DNA of 64,000 bases from NCBI GenBank assembly GCA_043228905.1, contig JBHGNT010000018.1:2542001-2606000 (forward strand), in the 5' to 3' direction. This DNA comes from Azolla caroliniana (Eukaryota; Plantae; Polypodiophyta). Position numbers and translations under genes: made by a program. A model generated the notes under the pieces. It had not been told where the DNA came from and made no database searches. It saw only the letters and a list, made by a program, of their open reading frames with translations. Shown here one piece after another: positions 11,801 to 24,000 of this stretch (position 1 is its first letter; each line of letters opens with the position of its first letter).

Positions 11801-13931
11801 AAAACTTGTGCCATTTCAGCATCCATTTGCCAACCCAGATGAATATTCTAGTACAGTGTCAGGTTCTTCACAGGTAAAATCAACCTTTCCATGAACCCAT
11901 TGCAACAAATAGCTCTTGTCTACATTTTATATTAATGTGTACACTTGTCAGAACAGATCTCTCAAGCTGTGGATGGCTGTAAGAGGAGACATCTGTGAGT
12001 ATTATTACTTTTGGTCTATCATTCATGTTATGGAACAGACATATTTTCAGAATGCTAACATAACATTGCATGGTATTCAGGGATATTGGAAGCAAGCTGA
12101 ATCCACTGGTTGAGTCAGCTGTCAGACGCTCTCTAGGTTTCTTCCGGAAATCTCATGCCATTGACATGAAATCTGGGAAGACCAATCAATGTTCTGAGTT
12201 GGATGTAAACTGTTCTGTTATACTGGATACGGATAGTTTCTCGGTAAATCCAATCTCTCTGCACCTGGATTGTTAGTTTCCAAAGGTGTATTAAATCCAG
12301 TTACTTTGATTGATTGGTGATCATGTAAGTTTTAGTGTTCTTATTTGTGGACATTTCATTTCAGAGTTTTAAATCAACATCTGAGCCCCCTAAATTCTAT
12401 GATGCGGGATGGGACCAGTTCGATTTTAATCCAATGGCAGAGCCAACAAGTTTTAATCCAGTGTCAGATCCATCTTATCTGACTGATAACTGGGGTAACC
12501 ACCCAGAAAACAATAAAAGCCAAGACATGGTGCGCTTGCTGGAAAACAAGAAACATAGTATGAAGGATAATTCAGAGTTCTCTTTTCAGCGTTTGTCTGC
12601 TGATGATGATAACGACGACGATGACGAGGTTACTGAGTTGAAGATAAAGGCATTTTTGGATGAGAAGGTATATATATCCAATTGAATGTGGTTAATAATA
12701 ATTTGTTTTCAAAGCACCTTTTGCTATCAAAGAATCTCATGTGGTTAATATTTTATCGAAGGCTTTGGAGCTGAAAAGGCTGCAAACTCCATTATACATG
12801 GAGTTTAAGAGTATTCAAAATGTGGCTGGAGATATAAACAATGTTAGGGCTGAGAGTTTTCCTACACCTTTGAGTCAAGTGCAACAAGTATCTTCAACTA
12901 GTAGATCATCACTGAGCAAAAATAGTACTCATAGTGGGCTCTCTATTGGTTGTAGCCGTGAAAGTGAATTGAGTGTTTGTTCTGATAGCCCCAGTGCAAC
13001 TAACAATCGAAGTGTAAATTTCTATCCTCATGGTGAATCTCCAAGACTGAATGAATGGAAGGGTCTCCTTCTGGAAACTCAGCAGCCTCTGCCTAGCCCA
13101 AGGTATCTCCCATAACTTAATTGAGAGTGGATCTTTCTTCAACTGTGAAGGACTTGCTACTTGTATTTAATACATTTGCATACTTATATGTGGTGAAAAT
13201 AATATAAGTGCTTGTCAATTATTTGGATTTGGATTGAAGTTTATTTTTTGCTTTTAATTGTGAAGGATATTTGCATATGCATATGCGTGCTTCTATGATA
13301 AGAATACCATGAGATTAAAGACTTGAATTGATTTGTATAGGCTGCTGATTGTTTTTCTAATGTTAAGGACATGATGCATATGCATGGTTGTATGATAAGA
13401 ATAATACAAAGATTTGCGCAGATTCACATTAAAAACCTGGTTTGATTTTTGTAGGGTGCTGAATTCATCAGAACAGCAGAGGCTTTGGAAAGAAGAGCTT
13501 CAAAGAGAGCTGGAAATGAGAAGAGGTATACCACAAGTTTGGCTTCGTGGCAATTCAATGAAAAGCTATATCTAAATGAATTTTAGTGTCATGGCATTCA
13601 ATGAAATGCTATATCTAAATGTGTGGTATATGTGATATGATGTCAATGCTTCAATGGTATACTGTGTCTAAGTGTGGCATTATATGATATCTAAATTCAT
13701 TTTTTATTCAGTGGCATGTACTTCTTTCAATATAGTGTATAAATCTGTTATATAATCTCTGAATGTGGCATATAATGATTAAATCCATTTAATGTTTAAA
13801 AACTTCTTGCAGAGGAGAAGAGGATGCGCTCCCGCCCCACTGGCAGTACGAAGTTGTCGTCATCAGTCGGCAAATCAGCGTCATTGAAAGAGCCAGTAAC
13901 CATGAGGCATGGTGTATGTAGAGCATTATGA
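8889..13931 (+). CDS. NPK1: Mitogen-activated protein kinase kinase kinase, NPK1/ANP1-3 type (17 exons)
   Basis: Exons 8889-9074, 10325-10366, 10453-10518, 10615-10725, 10813-10893, 10988-11065, 11195-11277, 11348-11429, 11520-11620, 11698-11737, 11820-11873, 11957-11994, 12081-12243, 12365-12667, 12762-13102, 13455-13525, 13813-13931. Kinase motifs [57 protein letters not shown]; ANP-type C-terminal motifs [28 protein letters not shown] and [13 protein letters not shown]. Confidence 0.93.
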
Positions 13932-16900
13932 TGCTCTGCTAGACCTAATGGAGCCCCCCCCCTTCCCTGTTCACCATCACCGTTATTGTCACCTTCACCT
14001 TCATTCATCGTCTATATAATAGTGTGTCTTGTTCATCTTATATGTAGATCTATCTGCAAAACAGCCCATTTGCAGCCACAGCCATCTTGTCACCCCTAAA
14101 AAGATATGAAAAAAGTTGCATTTTGGAGCAAATACATGTGTATGTGTTGGTTGATATATATCATCATTTTTTCCCACAGTTTTGTACATATATTGGCGAA
14201 TTTCCGTGTCTTAATCAAGGCCAAATGGACACAAACACGTGCTCGTGCACACATACATACACAACAATGTCTCGGTTATAGGAGTTTCAAAAGTTTTTAC
14301 ATCCAACTAAAATCCATGTGCCCTAAAGTTGGTATGATTATGGCTATATTTCCACAGCTGTCCCATTCCCATGCATCATGATGATAGTGTCCCCATATTT
14401 CATTTTTTTTCTAAGGAAAACTAGTGTGCTAGTGTTTCTAGTTACTTCTTGAATATGCTCGTTTAATTGGTCGACCTAAACCCCCACACGTGTGTTTTGC
14501 GTCCTTGTTCATCCAAGAATTCTTCAATTGCCTTGTTTGCCTCCCATGGACCTAAATGCCTCGTACGATTTGAACCTTACATTGATTTAGATGCTTGGGA
14601 AGTAGTTTATGTGGGCTATGGGCTTGCACAATTTAGTATGATTGGAAAAGGAGTTGGTTGAAACTTATTGGACGATCTACATACACCTAGGGGTATGAAG
14701 TGATTATATTAATAGGTAGAATAAAGTGTAATGGTGAATCTAGAGACTTCCTAAAATGTAATTAGTGGATTTTGGTATTGGGGGATTCAAGTTATGAGGT
14801 GACATATCACAAAAATGTGAATGCAAAGGTTTAGGTTTTGATTGAAATTCAAGGCTTAAGTTTTATGTAAAAATATCAGAGGGGGTACCTGCTAGTACTT
14901 TTGTCAAAATAATTGTGTCAAACAAAGTCAATTAGGTTGGAAGGTAGACTAAGTTGGGGTTATGCTCCATGCTTTCACATGATTTTTTACTCCATGTTAG
15001 GATGGGATTCTAGTGTCATATTTCTCTTATGTGGGGATTTGTAGGGGCTCTAATCCTAAGTGTCCTTTCGGAAGTGTCATTTTATTATTGAGGACTACGA
15101 AGTGTCAAACCAACAATACTAAATGACTATTATATGGTGTTGAAATATCACATTCATATCCAAGTTTTGATCATTTGTGACTTTGAGAGCGTCAAAAGTG
15201 TGTATGATACATGAGACGAAGGAACATTTTATTCATGAGATCAAGAAATTACGCTTTTCGAGATCATTAAGAAGAAGATTGGTGATGCTTATTTAGAGTT
15301 TATGATTTTATTAATAAGAAAAACTACAACCTAATAATGAGTTTTGTGACTTCGGTGCCCTCCTACATCAATATTTAATCATAACTAGTAAATCATAAGT
15401 AATCACAAGGAGTCGAAACATAATTTAACAATGAGTGTGTTGTTACTTTTATCATATATTAGAGAATAAAGCTAAAGTTATCGACATCTAGTGGAAAAAA
15501 TGCCTTTTGAGTCATACTTGACCTCTTGTGCATAGCGAGATCTTACAAATTGTTGCATGTCATATTTTTAAGCCAAGTATTTCGTTGGAGTCTTTCTAAC
15601 ACTTTCATCGTGATATATTATTGTTATCCTAAATGTAGATATATGAAGTGTAGGGAGATATTTTTGAGAAGTTGTTTCAAGTACTAGATATTAGTTTGTT
15701 ATTCTTATGGTCTCTTTTCCTTTAGCGATATTGTGGAGCATCGGTTTCATGGACCAAATTTTAGTCTGTTATTGTAATTTGTAACATTTCATTTATTTTG
15801 TGAGATCATCTTATTACAACTATCGCATGTGTTAACTTTATTATGCAACATTGTACAAGGTTAAAGAGTCAACTTCGGGAAATAAAGAAAAGGTGAAAAG
15901 TGCATAAGAAAGTAGACGTTTGAAATATATTATGTGCTAAGAAGACACTTTCCACAACCCATGGGTTGAAAATGACAATATTGGTTATAGAAAGGCCTTT
16001 GTTCACGTACTCTTTTCTGCCTACATGAACTTATAACTTCATTTCTTATTGAGATTTGGCCAGTGGCCACAACATCATGGAAGATGAATATAAATAAAAA
16101 TATATATATCTGCATTCTCACAAGTGTTGAAATGTATCGCGCAAAACCTAACAAAAAGGTACATCGTCAACATTGTGAAACAACTTAGAAATGAATTTCT
16201 CGCTTTATTTAATATTTACCATAACTTACCGAAGAAGTTGTTGAAACTCAATGAATACATACTAGCATATGCATGCATCACCGTACGATGAACAATCGAC
16301 AACCAACAATTTTTTCATAACAAAATTCAAAGGATTGTATGTGAATTAGAAGAGAATATGACACGTGATTTATTACTTTATATACACATCGTTTTCATTT
16401 AAATTTTGAAATTGTTGAACCATAAATGTCATTAGGTACGTGGAAGACCTATTAATCACCACTTCTAATATGATATTTAAATGGTAAATGGTTACTAATG
16501 AAAAAATTGTTAAGCTATAATCTAACAAACCTTTGGCTATATTTTACAAGTGCAGTTTGCTCATTGTTTATTTGAGTAAAGAAATGAACACACGTCAACG
16601 CAAAAATTGTTGAAATACTAGTAACAACGAGTCAAGAGTTTTTGTATACCAATTGGTTTCAATCATAGTATGTAATATTCGGGTTCATTAGCCCAAACAT
16701 TCATTTACATACGTTTGCCAATGAATGCGTATGTTATTAAAACATTCTTGTGGTTTTGTTTTTTTTACACTTTTAACCTTAACTTACCTTAAATTTCTTA
16801 CCCTAAAAAAGTTGTTTACCTTATAATAAATAATGAGTGCAAAAGTATGGTATTTACCATACATCGATGGTGTTTTTCATACTCGAATGATAAGAATGTT

Positions 16901-18055
16901 AGCAAATGATAATGCACGAATGGCACGTATGCTTCATACTATGGTTTCAATCGATCAAATACAAAAGGTGCATGGATCTTAAGGGGTACAAATATCTGAT
17001 AAAAACATTTAGAAACTTTCATTTGGCAGTTATTGTCACGAGTTGCAATATCATTGATGGATGTAATAGCTAACGTACACAACCTTGAAAAAACTATTTG
17101 TAAAAGCGACATTTGATGTGCCATCTATTGCATCAAAATCAGGGATATATCCAACATGCAAGATAGTCACAAAAGAGAGCGATGAACATCATTTCAACAC
17201 GTTGTAATGGAACACGAAGCCCACACCATTAAGTGTGGAGTAGTCGACAAAAAAACTAGCGGCACAAAGACTTATTTCCAACAAAGTCAGGCTGGCACAC
17301 TCGACAAAGTGCTAACCCAAGTTGTGTTGGGTGCACTAAGAATTGACACAATCCATGGGTCACGATCAAATCCTTGCAAAGCACCACAACAACAGTTGAA
17401 TGGATTTGCATGCAACAACTGAATGGGATCATATCTTTGTAGAGCACAACAAGCTGGTCTTTGATTAATGGCTGCCGACAATTGAGCCTTTCAAGATAGC
17501 AGCAAGTGTCCCAGCTCGTTGCATCGACCATTTTCTTTGAGAAAAAAAAACATGCAAGTGGCTATTGTGATCTACCAAGAAAACGAATCGAGTGTTATTT
17601 ATTGCATCGGATAATCGATGGGATACATTTGAGAAAAAATCTCCACCATGGATGAGGTAGATATAGGGCCATTTACAAAGCAATAAATTCTTCTTCTTCC
17701 CCATCTCTTTCTTTACTTTTGTGGATAAAAGTAAAATAGAAGAAAAACAGAGCAATAATTTGGCAAAACAGCCCCCACCCCCCAAAACTAAAACAAAAAA
17801 AAAGAAAAACAGAGGAGAGATTTCAGAAGAGCATAAAAAGAAAAGAAGAAGAAATCAGAAACAGAAACAGAAACAGAGAGAAATCCGGCATATTCGGCTT
17901 TTGTTGGGTTTCGAGCCAAACAAGCCATAGATTTCTCTCTGTCTCTGCAAACCTGTCTGTTTCTGTTTTTTGCTTCTCCTGTGAATTTGTGATCGATCTA
18001 GAAACTGACCTAGTTTGGCTCGGAAAGTTCTCCGAAGACATATTTGTATATAGCT

Positions 18056-21000
18056 ATGTCAGATGCTCTGGTTAATGGTCTTGCTGGAGCTGGAGGTGGT
18101 ATCATTGCTCAAGTCCTAACTTATCCACTGCAAGCAGTAAGTGTGAAGGAATTAGTAGAACATATTATATCCATTTCATTTCATTCATTTGCTTTCATGT
18201 CATATAATTTCATTTGATTAAATTTAGTTTCACGACATGTCATATTGTTACATCATGTTTCAATTCATTTCAATGCCATTTCATCTGTTCACTCATTTAA
18301 TCATTTCATGCCGAGTCATGCCATTTCATTTAACTTCATTTCTACAATCCCATGGATCCTTTGTATAGGATTGGTTTCTACTCAAATTTATTTTGTGGGT
18401 AATGATATTTTATTTTGAGATTCATCATTCAACAGTTATCGATAATTGAATGAAGTGCCAGAGAAAAAAATCTAACTCTTAGTTCATTCATTCCATTTGG
18501 TTTCCTTCCACTTTATCATTTTATGGATTCTTTTCACTTCAAATTTTCTCATGGTGATGCTTTTTGATAGTTTTTTGCAAGAGTTATTTTTGGATCAACT
18601 GAATACTTGAGCCAGGCATGAAGAAAAATCTTACGCATTGTGTGGATTCTTTTCACCACAAATTTTTCATGGGTGATGAATCTTTGAATTAATTGTATGC
18701 TCGAGCCATGCCTGACTTAAGTATGAAGAAAAATATTTCTTTGATTATATTGTTATTCTTTTATGGATTCTTTTCAGCTCAACATTTGGATGAATCGCTT
18801 GTGACATCATTTACATTAGCATGAAATTTTTTTCCATCACATTAGCCATCATTTGTTTGAGTGAATCACTCGAGGCATCACGTGTTTGGATGAATCACTT
18901 GAGTCATCATTTGTTCTGATAAAGCACGTGTTATGTGAATCATTTGAGCCATAATTTATGCTAGTATGAAGAAAAATTCCTCACGTTGTTCTGTTCCATT
19001 CTTTTCAATCATTATGTGCATTCTCTTAATCTCAAATTGTGTCATTGGTGATGATCATGTTTTGGGCCATGATATTAATCTTGAGCCATGGTTTTGATTT
19101 AATTTTACGAAGAAATCATACTTCATTTCATGCATTTTGTGTTTTATTGACCTCACATTTTGCCATGGGCGATTTTCTTATTTGGAATCGTTGAAATACA
19201 CTGTACAAATGTGGAATCAATGCTATACCCAAAGGTTGAGTTTTTGGAATAGCTGAAGGAGCTCAATCACAAACATAGCTGTAGTTATATCCAGAGTTTG
19301 AGTTTTCAGATGTTCAGATGCATGCCTACACTACTATTATCATCGTGGTTTTTAAAACTCTTATTTATGCTAGGTTAATACTAGACAGCAGACTGAAAGG
19401 AAAGCCAAAAGTTCTTCTGTTCAAGTCTCTGAAAAAAGCATATCAAAGGATGCAAAACATACTCTGGGCACATACAAAGAATTGTGCAGGGTAATCAAAA
19501 TTTCACCTTATTTTTTTGTTTGCATAATCTTATGCATGAAACTATGAAGCTTTATGCTATTTTATAATGTTTCAGGTTCTTCAAGAAGAGGGATGGGGAG
19601 GCCTTTTCAGAGGGTTAACACCATCCTTAGTAGGAACAGCTGCCTCTCAGGTGTAATGTTTAGTAATTTTGTGCCTTATGAGATGCATTATGGACTATAT
19701 GCCATCTTGCCAAATCTAATGAGTAGCATTACGTCACAGGGAGTGTACTATTACTTTTATCAGCTTTTCAAGGATGAGGCTGATGCTATTGCAATGAGAA
19801 GAAAAAAGAGGGGTTTTGGAGATGGGACAACAGGAATGTTTTCTGCCTTGATTGTGGCAGCCATCTCAGGGTATGCCACACATTACTGTAGCTGATGTGA
19901 GTGTGTGAGAGAGCGAAGTGAAATTTAATGTGGTATTAATGTCTCTAGCAGGCAAAAAAGACATACGAGAGCAAAGTTACAACCATCATATGATAAATGC
20001 TGAAAATAATGTTAGGCATAAACTAAAGTGAAGAAAAGATGGAAATCCTAGGGCTAAGAAATAATCATTGGTACAACAATGGTAGGAACATTACTATTAT
20101 AGGGTATAACATGAATGGAAGGTTTAGACAGACGGGATACTCAAGAGATTAGAATGTATATAGAGCAAATCAAGAGAGAGGTCACACCTTAAAACAAACC
20201 ACAGCAAAGCAGAGAAACCCTAAAACAACATGCTAAAGTATGCAGCTTCAAGTTTCAGCTTTCACTTGGTCATCAGTACAATGTCGCCTGTGATTATTTC
20301 AGTTTATCAATAGAGAAATGGTGTGCACAAAGAAAGTACCATCTTCTTTTCATATCCACTGTCATTAACCTGCTGAAACTTTTACCTTCTGGGCAAGGAG
20401 GTTCTTTGGAAGGTTTGCAGTCACATGCTCAAGAAGATGGATTTAGTTGTCTAAGGAACGGAATGTAATAGTGGTTGCGGAAATGTCAACATGCTGGGTA
20501 TCCCCCTAGTTGAAATTTCAGTTCAGTCATGGAAATTCTAAAATGTCAAATGTATACCAATGAGGACATTCGTGGAAGTTAACTGCTACTGTTTTGAAAG
20601 TTTGTCCCAAGAAGATTGTTTGTGTTGTCACTACCAAGTTTGATAATTTTGATGCTATAGCATGATAGGCCTTACTGTTGCCATGTTCTATGAGAATGTC
20701 ACCATACAGTTTTCCATTGATGTCCTGGTTAAACCAAGGCTCTCATACCTTGTTGCAAGAGGAGGCGTAGCAAAAAAGAAAGAAGGAAAGTGATATCATT
20801 GTCCATGGTAGGTCAAAATGAACTATTAGAAACAAGTGCATTTACGAATGTGTAAGACTGTCGTTATTGCATTTCATCATAAATATTACTGATAGTCTAT
20901 AAACAAATCAAAAGCTAAAATTGAGGTGTGTCAGTATGCCCTTCATTGAATATTCTAGAATAGCTTAGGAAATGACTCCAATGACAGGCAATAATTGCAT

Positions 21001-24000
21001 TTATCTTTTTGGGATAGTTAGGTTGTAGATGAGGTTGTCGAGGTTCTGATTGTTTTGCTTGTTAAAGTGCTGTAGCTCTGACCACAGGGCGACTCTTCTA
21101 GGGTGTGTTCTATCTTGTGTTGATCTCCGGGGGACAAATGTGAGTGGAGCTGTTGCTATCAAGAAGTTAGGGATGGTTGGCTCTCTGTCTGGCTGGGTTG
21201 GTTGAAGGTGTATTTCTTTCTTCTCAAGAGTTTCCACTCAATGGGGTCCAGCTAAGCAAGAGTCCTTGGCATCTCTGGTTCCCCAATTCCATTCTTTTGT
21301 CTAAGTCCCCAAAAGAGGCTGAGGTATCTTCCTCCGATTTCATAGGATATAAGGCAATGGTGTATATGCTGCTGCTCTGTTTCAACCTCTAGAGAGCATA
21401 ATTGGAAGCCTCCATGTACCTATCTGCAGCTGGTGTGAGGACATGTGGATCTGTTCAATTATGCTATGGATACTAAATGAGAGGTGGGTATTCGTATAAT
21501 TGGCAGGTGACTAACCCACCAGGTGGTACTTGTAGGAAGTTATTGTTGTGATACTCCATCCATGTGCCTAGAAGAATGGTGTGTGCATCCAAGTCTGTTC
21601 TGTATCCAGTTGACAATGTTCATTTTGATTACATGATTAAATTTTGTGTGGTTAAGATTAACAAATTGCAATCAAGTATGTATTAAAAAGGGGAAATCGT
21701 TGATGTCTATACTATGAAGTCTCACCCAGATGCTCAATCATGCATATCAATGCCGGGTATCTTTTTCTCTTGATGGTTGCCATGCTGAGTTAAATGCTAC
21801 TTGTGTATATCTTTGTTGGGGGATTTTTCAATATCTCTGTGGAGAGCTGATCACTTGGGAGAGGACAGCAGTGACATTTACTGTAGCTCCAATATTTCAT
21901 GTAGTATTGATGGTTTGCTCCTGATTGTGTGTGCTATCATCTCCAAGTGTTTCTCTAGGTGCTGCCATTGGTTGTAAATTTTCCACTTTTGCCCGTTATG
22001 TCTGGTCAGTAGTTCTGCCCTTGTATGATACGACCTGGGTCCCCCACTGATGCCCCATAGAGGAGAGTTGGGGTAATGAGTGTATTAAAGAGCCATAACT
22101 TGGTCTAGACTTTGGTGAAGGTAAGTTGGAGGGCGCGAACTACACATTCAGGTAGTTCCGTGGACCTACATGCATGCCACCAACTACACATTCATGAAGT
22201 TTAAATTTAAGATAATCCTCTATGTTAATGGACTATTGGATCTAGTGCTCTACTATGATCTGGAGCTGGTAGGAACAATGAACCCAAATGACTGATGAGG
22301 TTAAAGCCCGCAAGATGTCAAAACACAGACACCTTGTGTGCTTTTGTGATGAGTGCAACTGATTCTGGGCATCAGAATCCTTGCAGCAAGACATGAAGCC
22401 ACACCAAGAGTTAGAACTTAGAGAACCGGCTTGCAGTTGACTTCGAAGAAACAAGAAGGAGAGAGGGAAGAAGTCTTTAACACAAGGGTAAGAATCTCTG
22501 AGAAAAGATGGTCATAGTGAATTGGTCAATAATTCTGAAAAACTTGGCTGATGGTGCATGCAGATTTTGCCCCCATGGTTTGATGGAACAGTAACAGCCA
22601 TCAGTAGCAGGTAAGAAATCTGCCACTTCATTCGAGGAACTTAGTCTGCTACATTTAGAGGCTGAGTTATGGCTAAGGACCCAAAGGCAATACGAGCCAA
22701 ATTTGACAGCCAAGAGTGGCAAGGGGAGGAAGAAGTTCAGAGGGAAGTGCGTCAAATATGGATGGAAGGGTATCAGACACATGACTGCAAATCAAAGGAC
22801 CACAGTCGGAAGGGATCCAAGTCAGATTGGGAATCGGCTCATGTAATCGAAGAATAGGGGGGCTGTTAAGGAAACCTTGATAGAATCAGAGTGTTGGATA
22901 CTGCCATTTCTGTTTAAGAAGAATGTTCTACAATGTTATATTAGTCCACAGGGATAGTTGCTGGATAATGGAACTGGCCTGCATATCCTATTGTAAAAAT
23001 TGATCCAGGCTTTGTGGGTTGGAGGATTCTAGTGTTCAATGGATCCGCTTATCGGAAGAATAGGTACTGTTGAGAACTGTGCAACTATTAGATTCAGATC
23101 TGTTTACAAATGCACCAAGGGAGGGTAAAGAATTTCTCATTGGATATACTAGGTGCAGAACGTCTGCAAGACTTGTTAGATTCAGATATGTTGAGAACTG
23201 TGCAACTGTTAGATTCAGATCTGTTTTCAAATGTACCAAGGGAAGGTAAAGAAGTGCTCATTGGATATACTAGGTGCAGAATGTCTGCAAGACTTGTTAC
23301 CTGTGGCAAAGCTGACCAATGGTGGGCTAGATGATCATGTCTTCAATAGGACAGGGTTCAGTCATAGGAACACCAATAGACAAGTAGTTGAATCAGTACA
23401 GTGGAAAGGAGACTTGTATGACCTTTCCGGAAAATTGGCATGAACCTTGAAGTTTCCAGATGCAAAGTGAGAGCAGTCTACGAAAATGGGATATCCAAGT
23501 GTAGTATCATCAATTCGGATATTTAATCCTCCCAATTTTGCAGAGGGTGCAATTAGAGGGACTTGTGAGTAACCTGCTGTCGTTGGCTGATGTGCCAAGG
23601 AAATGGTGGTTTGCATGTGTGACAGAAGTGCATATAACCCGAATGAAAACCTTTGTGTGAAGAATTATTCTATGAACTCATCTGGATAAAAGTGGAAGAG
23701 GATAAAGATATGGAGATCCTAAATTTGGCTCTGTTGGCACCTTACAGCTCACCTTTGTGTCACAATGGACATTTGGAGTCCCACGTCAGATAGCCAGTTG
23801 ACAGAGTACAGCAAAAGTGATCTGTGAAACAGATTGTGAATATGGTGTTGATGGCTGAAAGCTTGCAAGAGAAAAGGACTGCTATCAGTGTGGGAGACGA
23901 TATCAAAATTTCAGTGACAGTCTGTTATAGATGACCCTTGAGACTTGGTATATTTTTGTCAACTCTGAAGGTGATTGGAACAAGATGAGTTCATGATAAA

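Noticed and set aside
12051-12113. Alternative NPK1 exon starting at 12051
   Set aside because: Hits an in-frame TGA; exons 11957-11994 plus 12081-12243 keep the frame.
16930-17790. Possible transposase or gene relic upstream of PXN
   Set aside because: No recognisable motif in the frames I translated; many stops.
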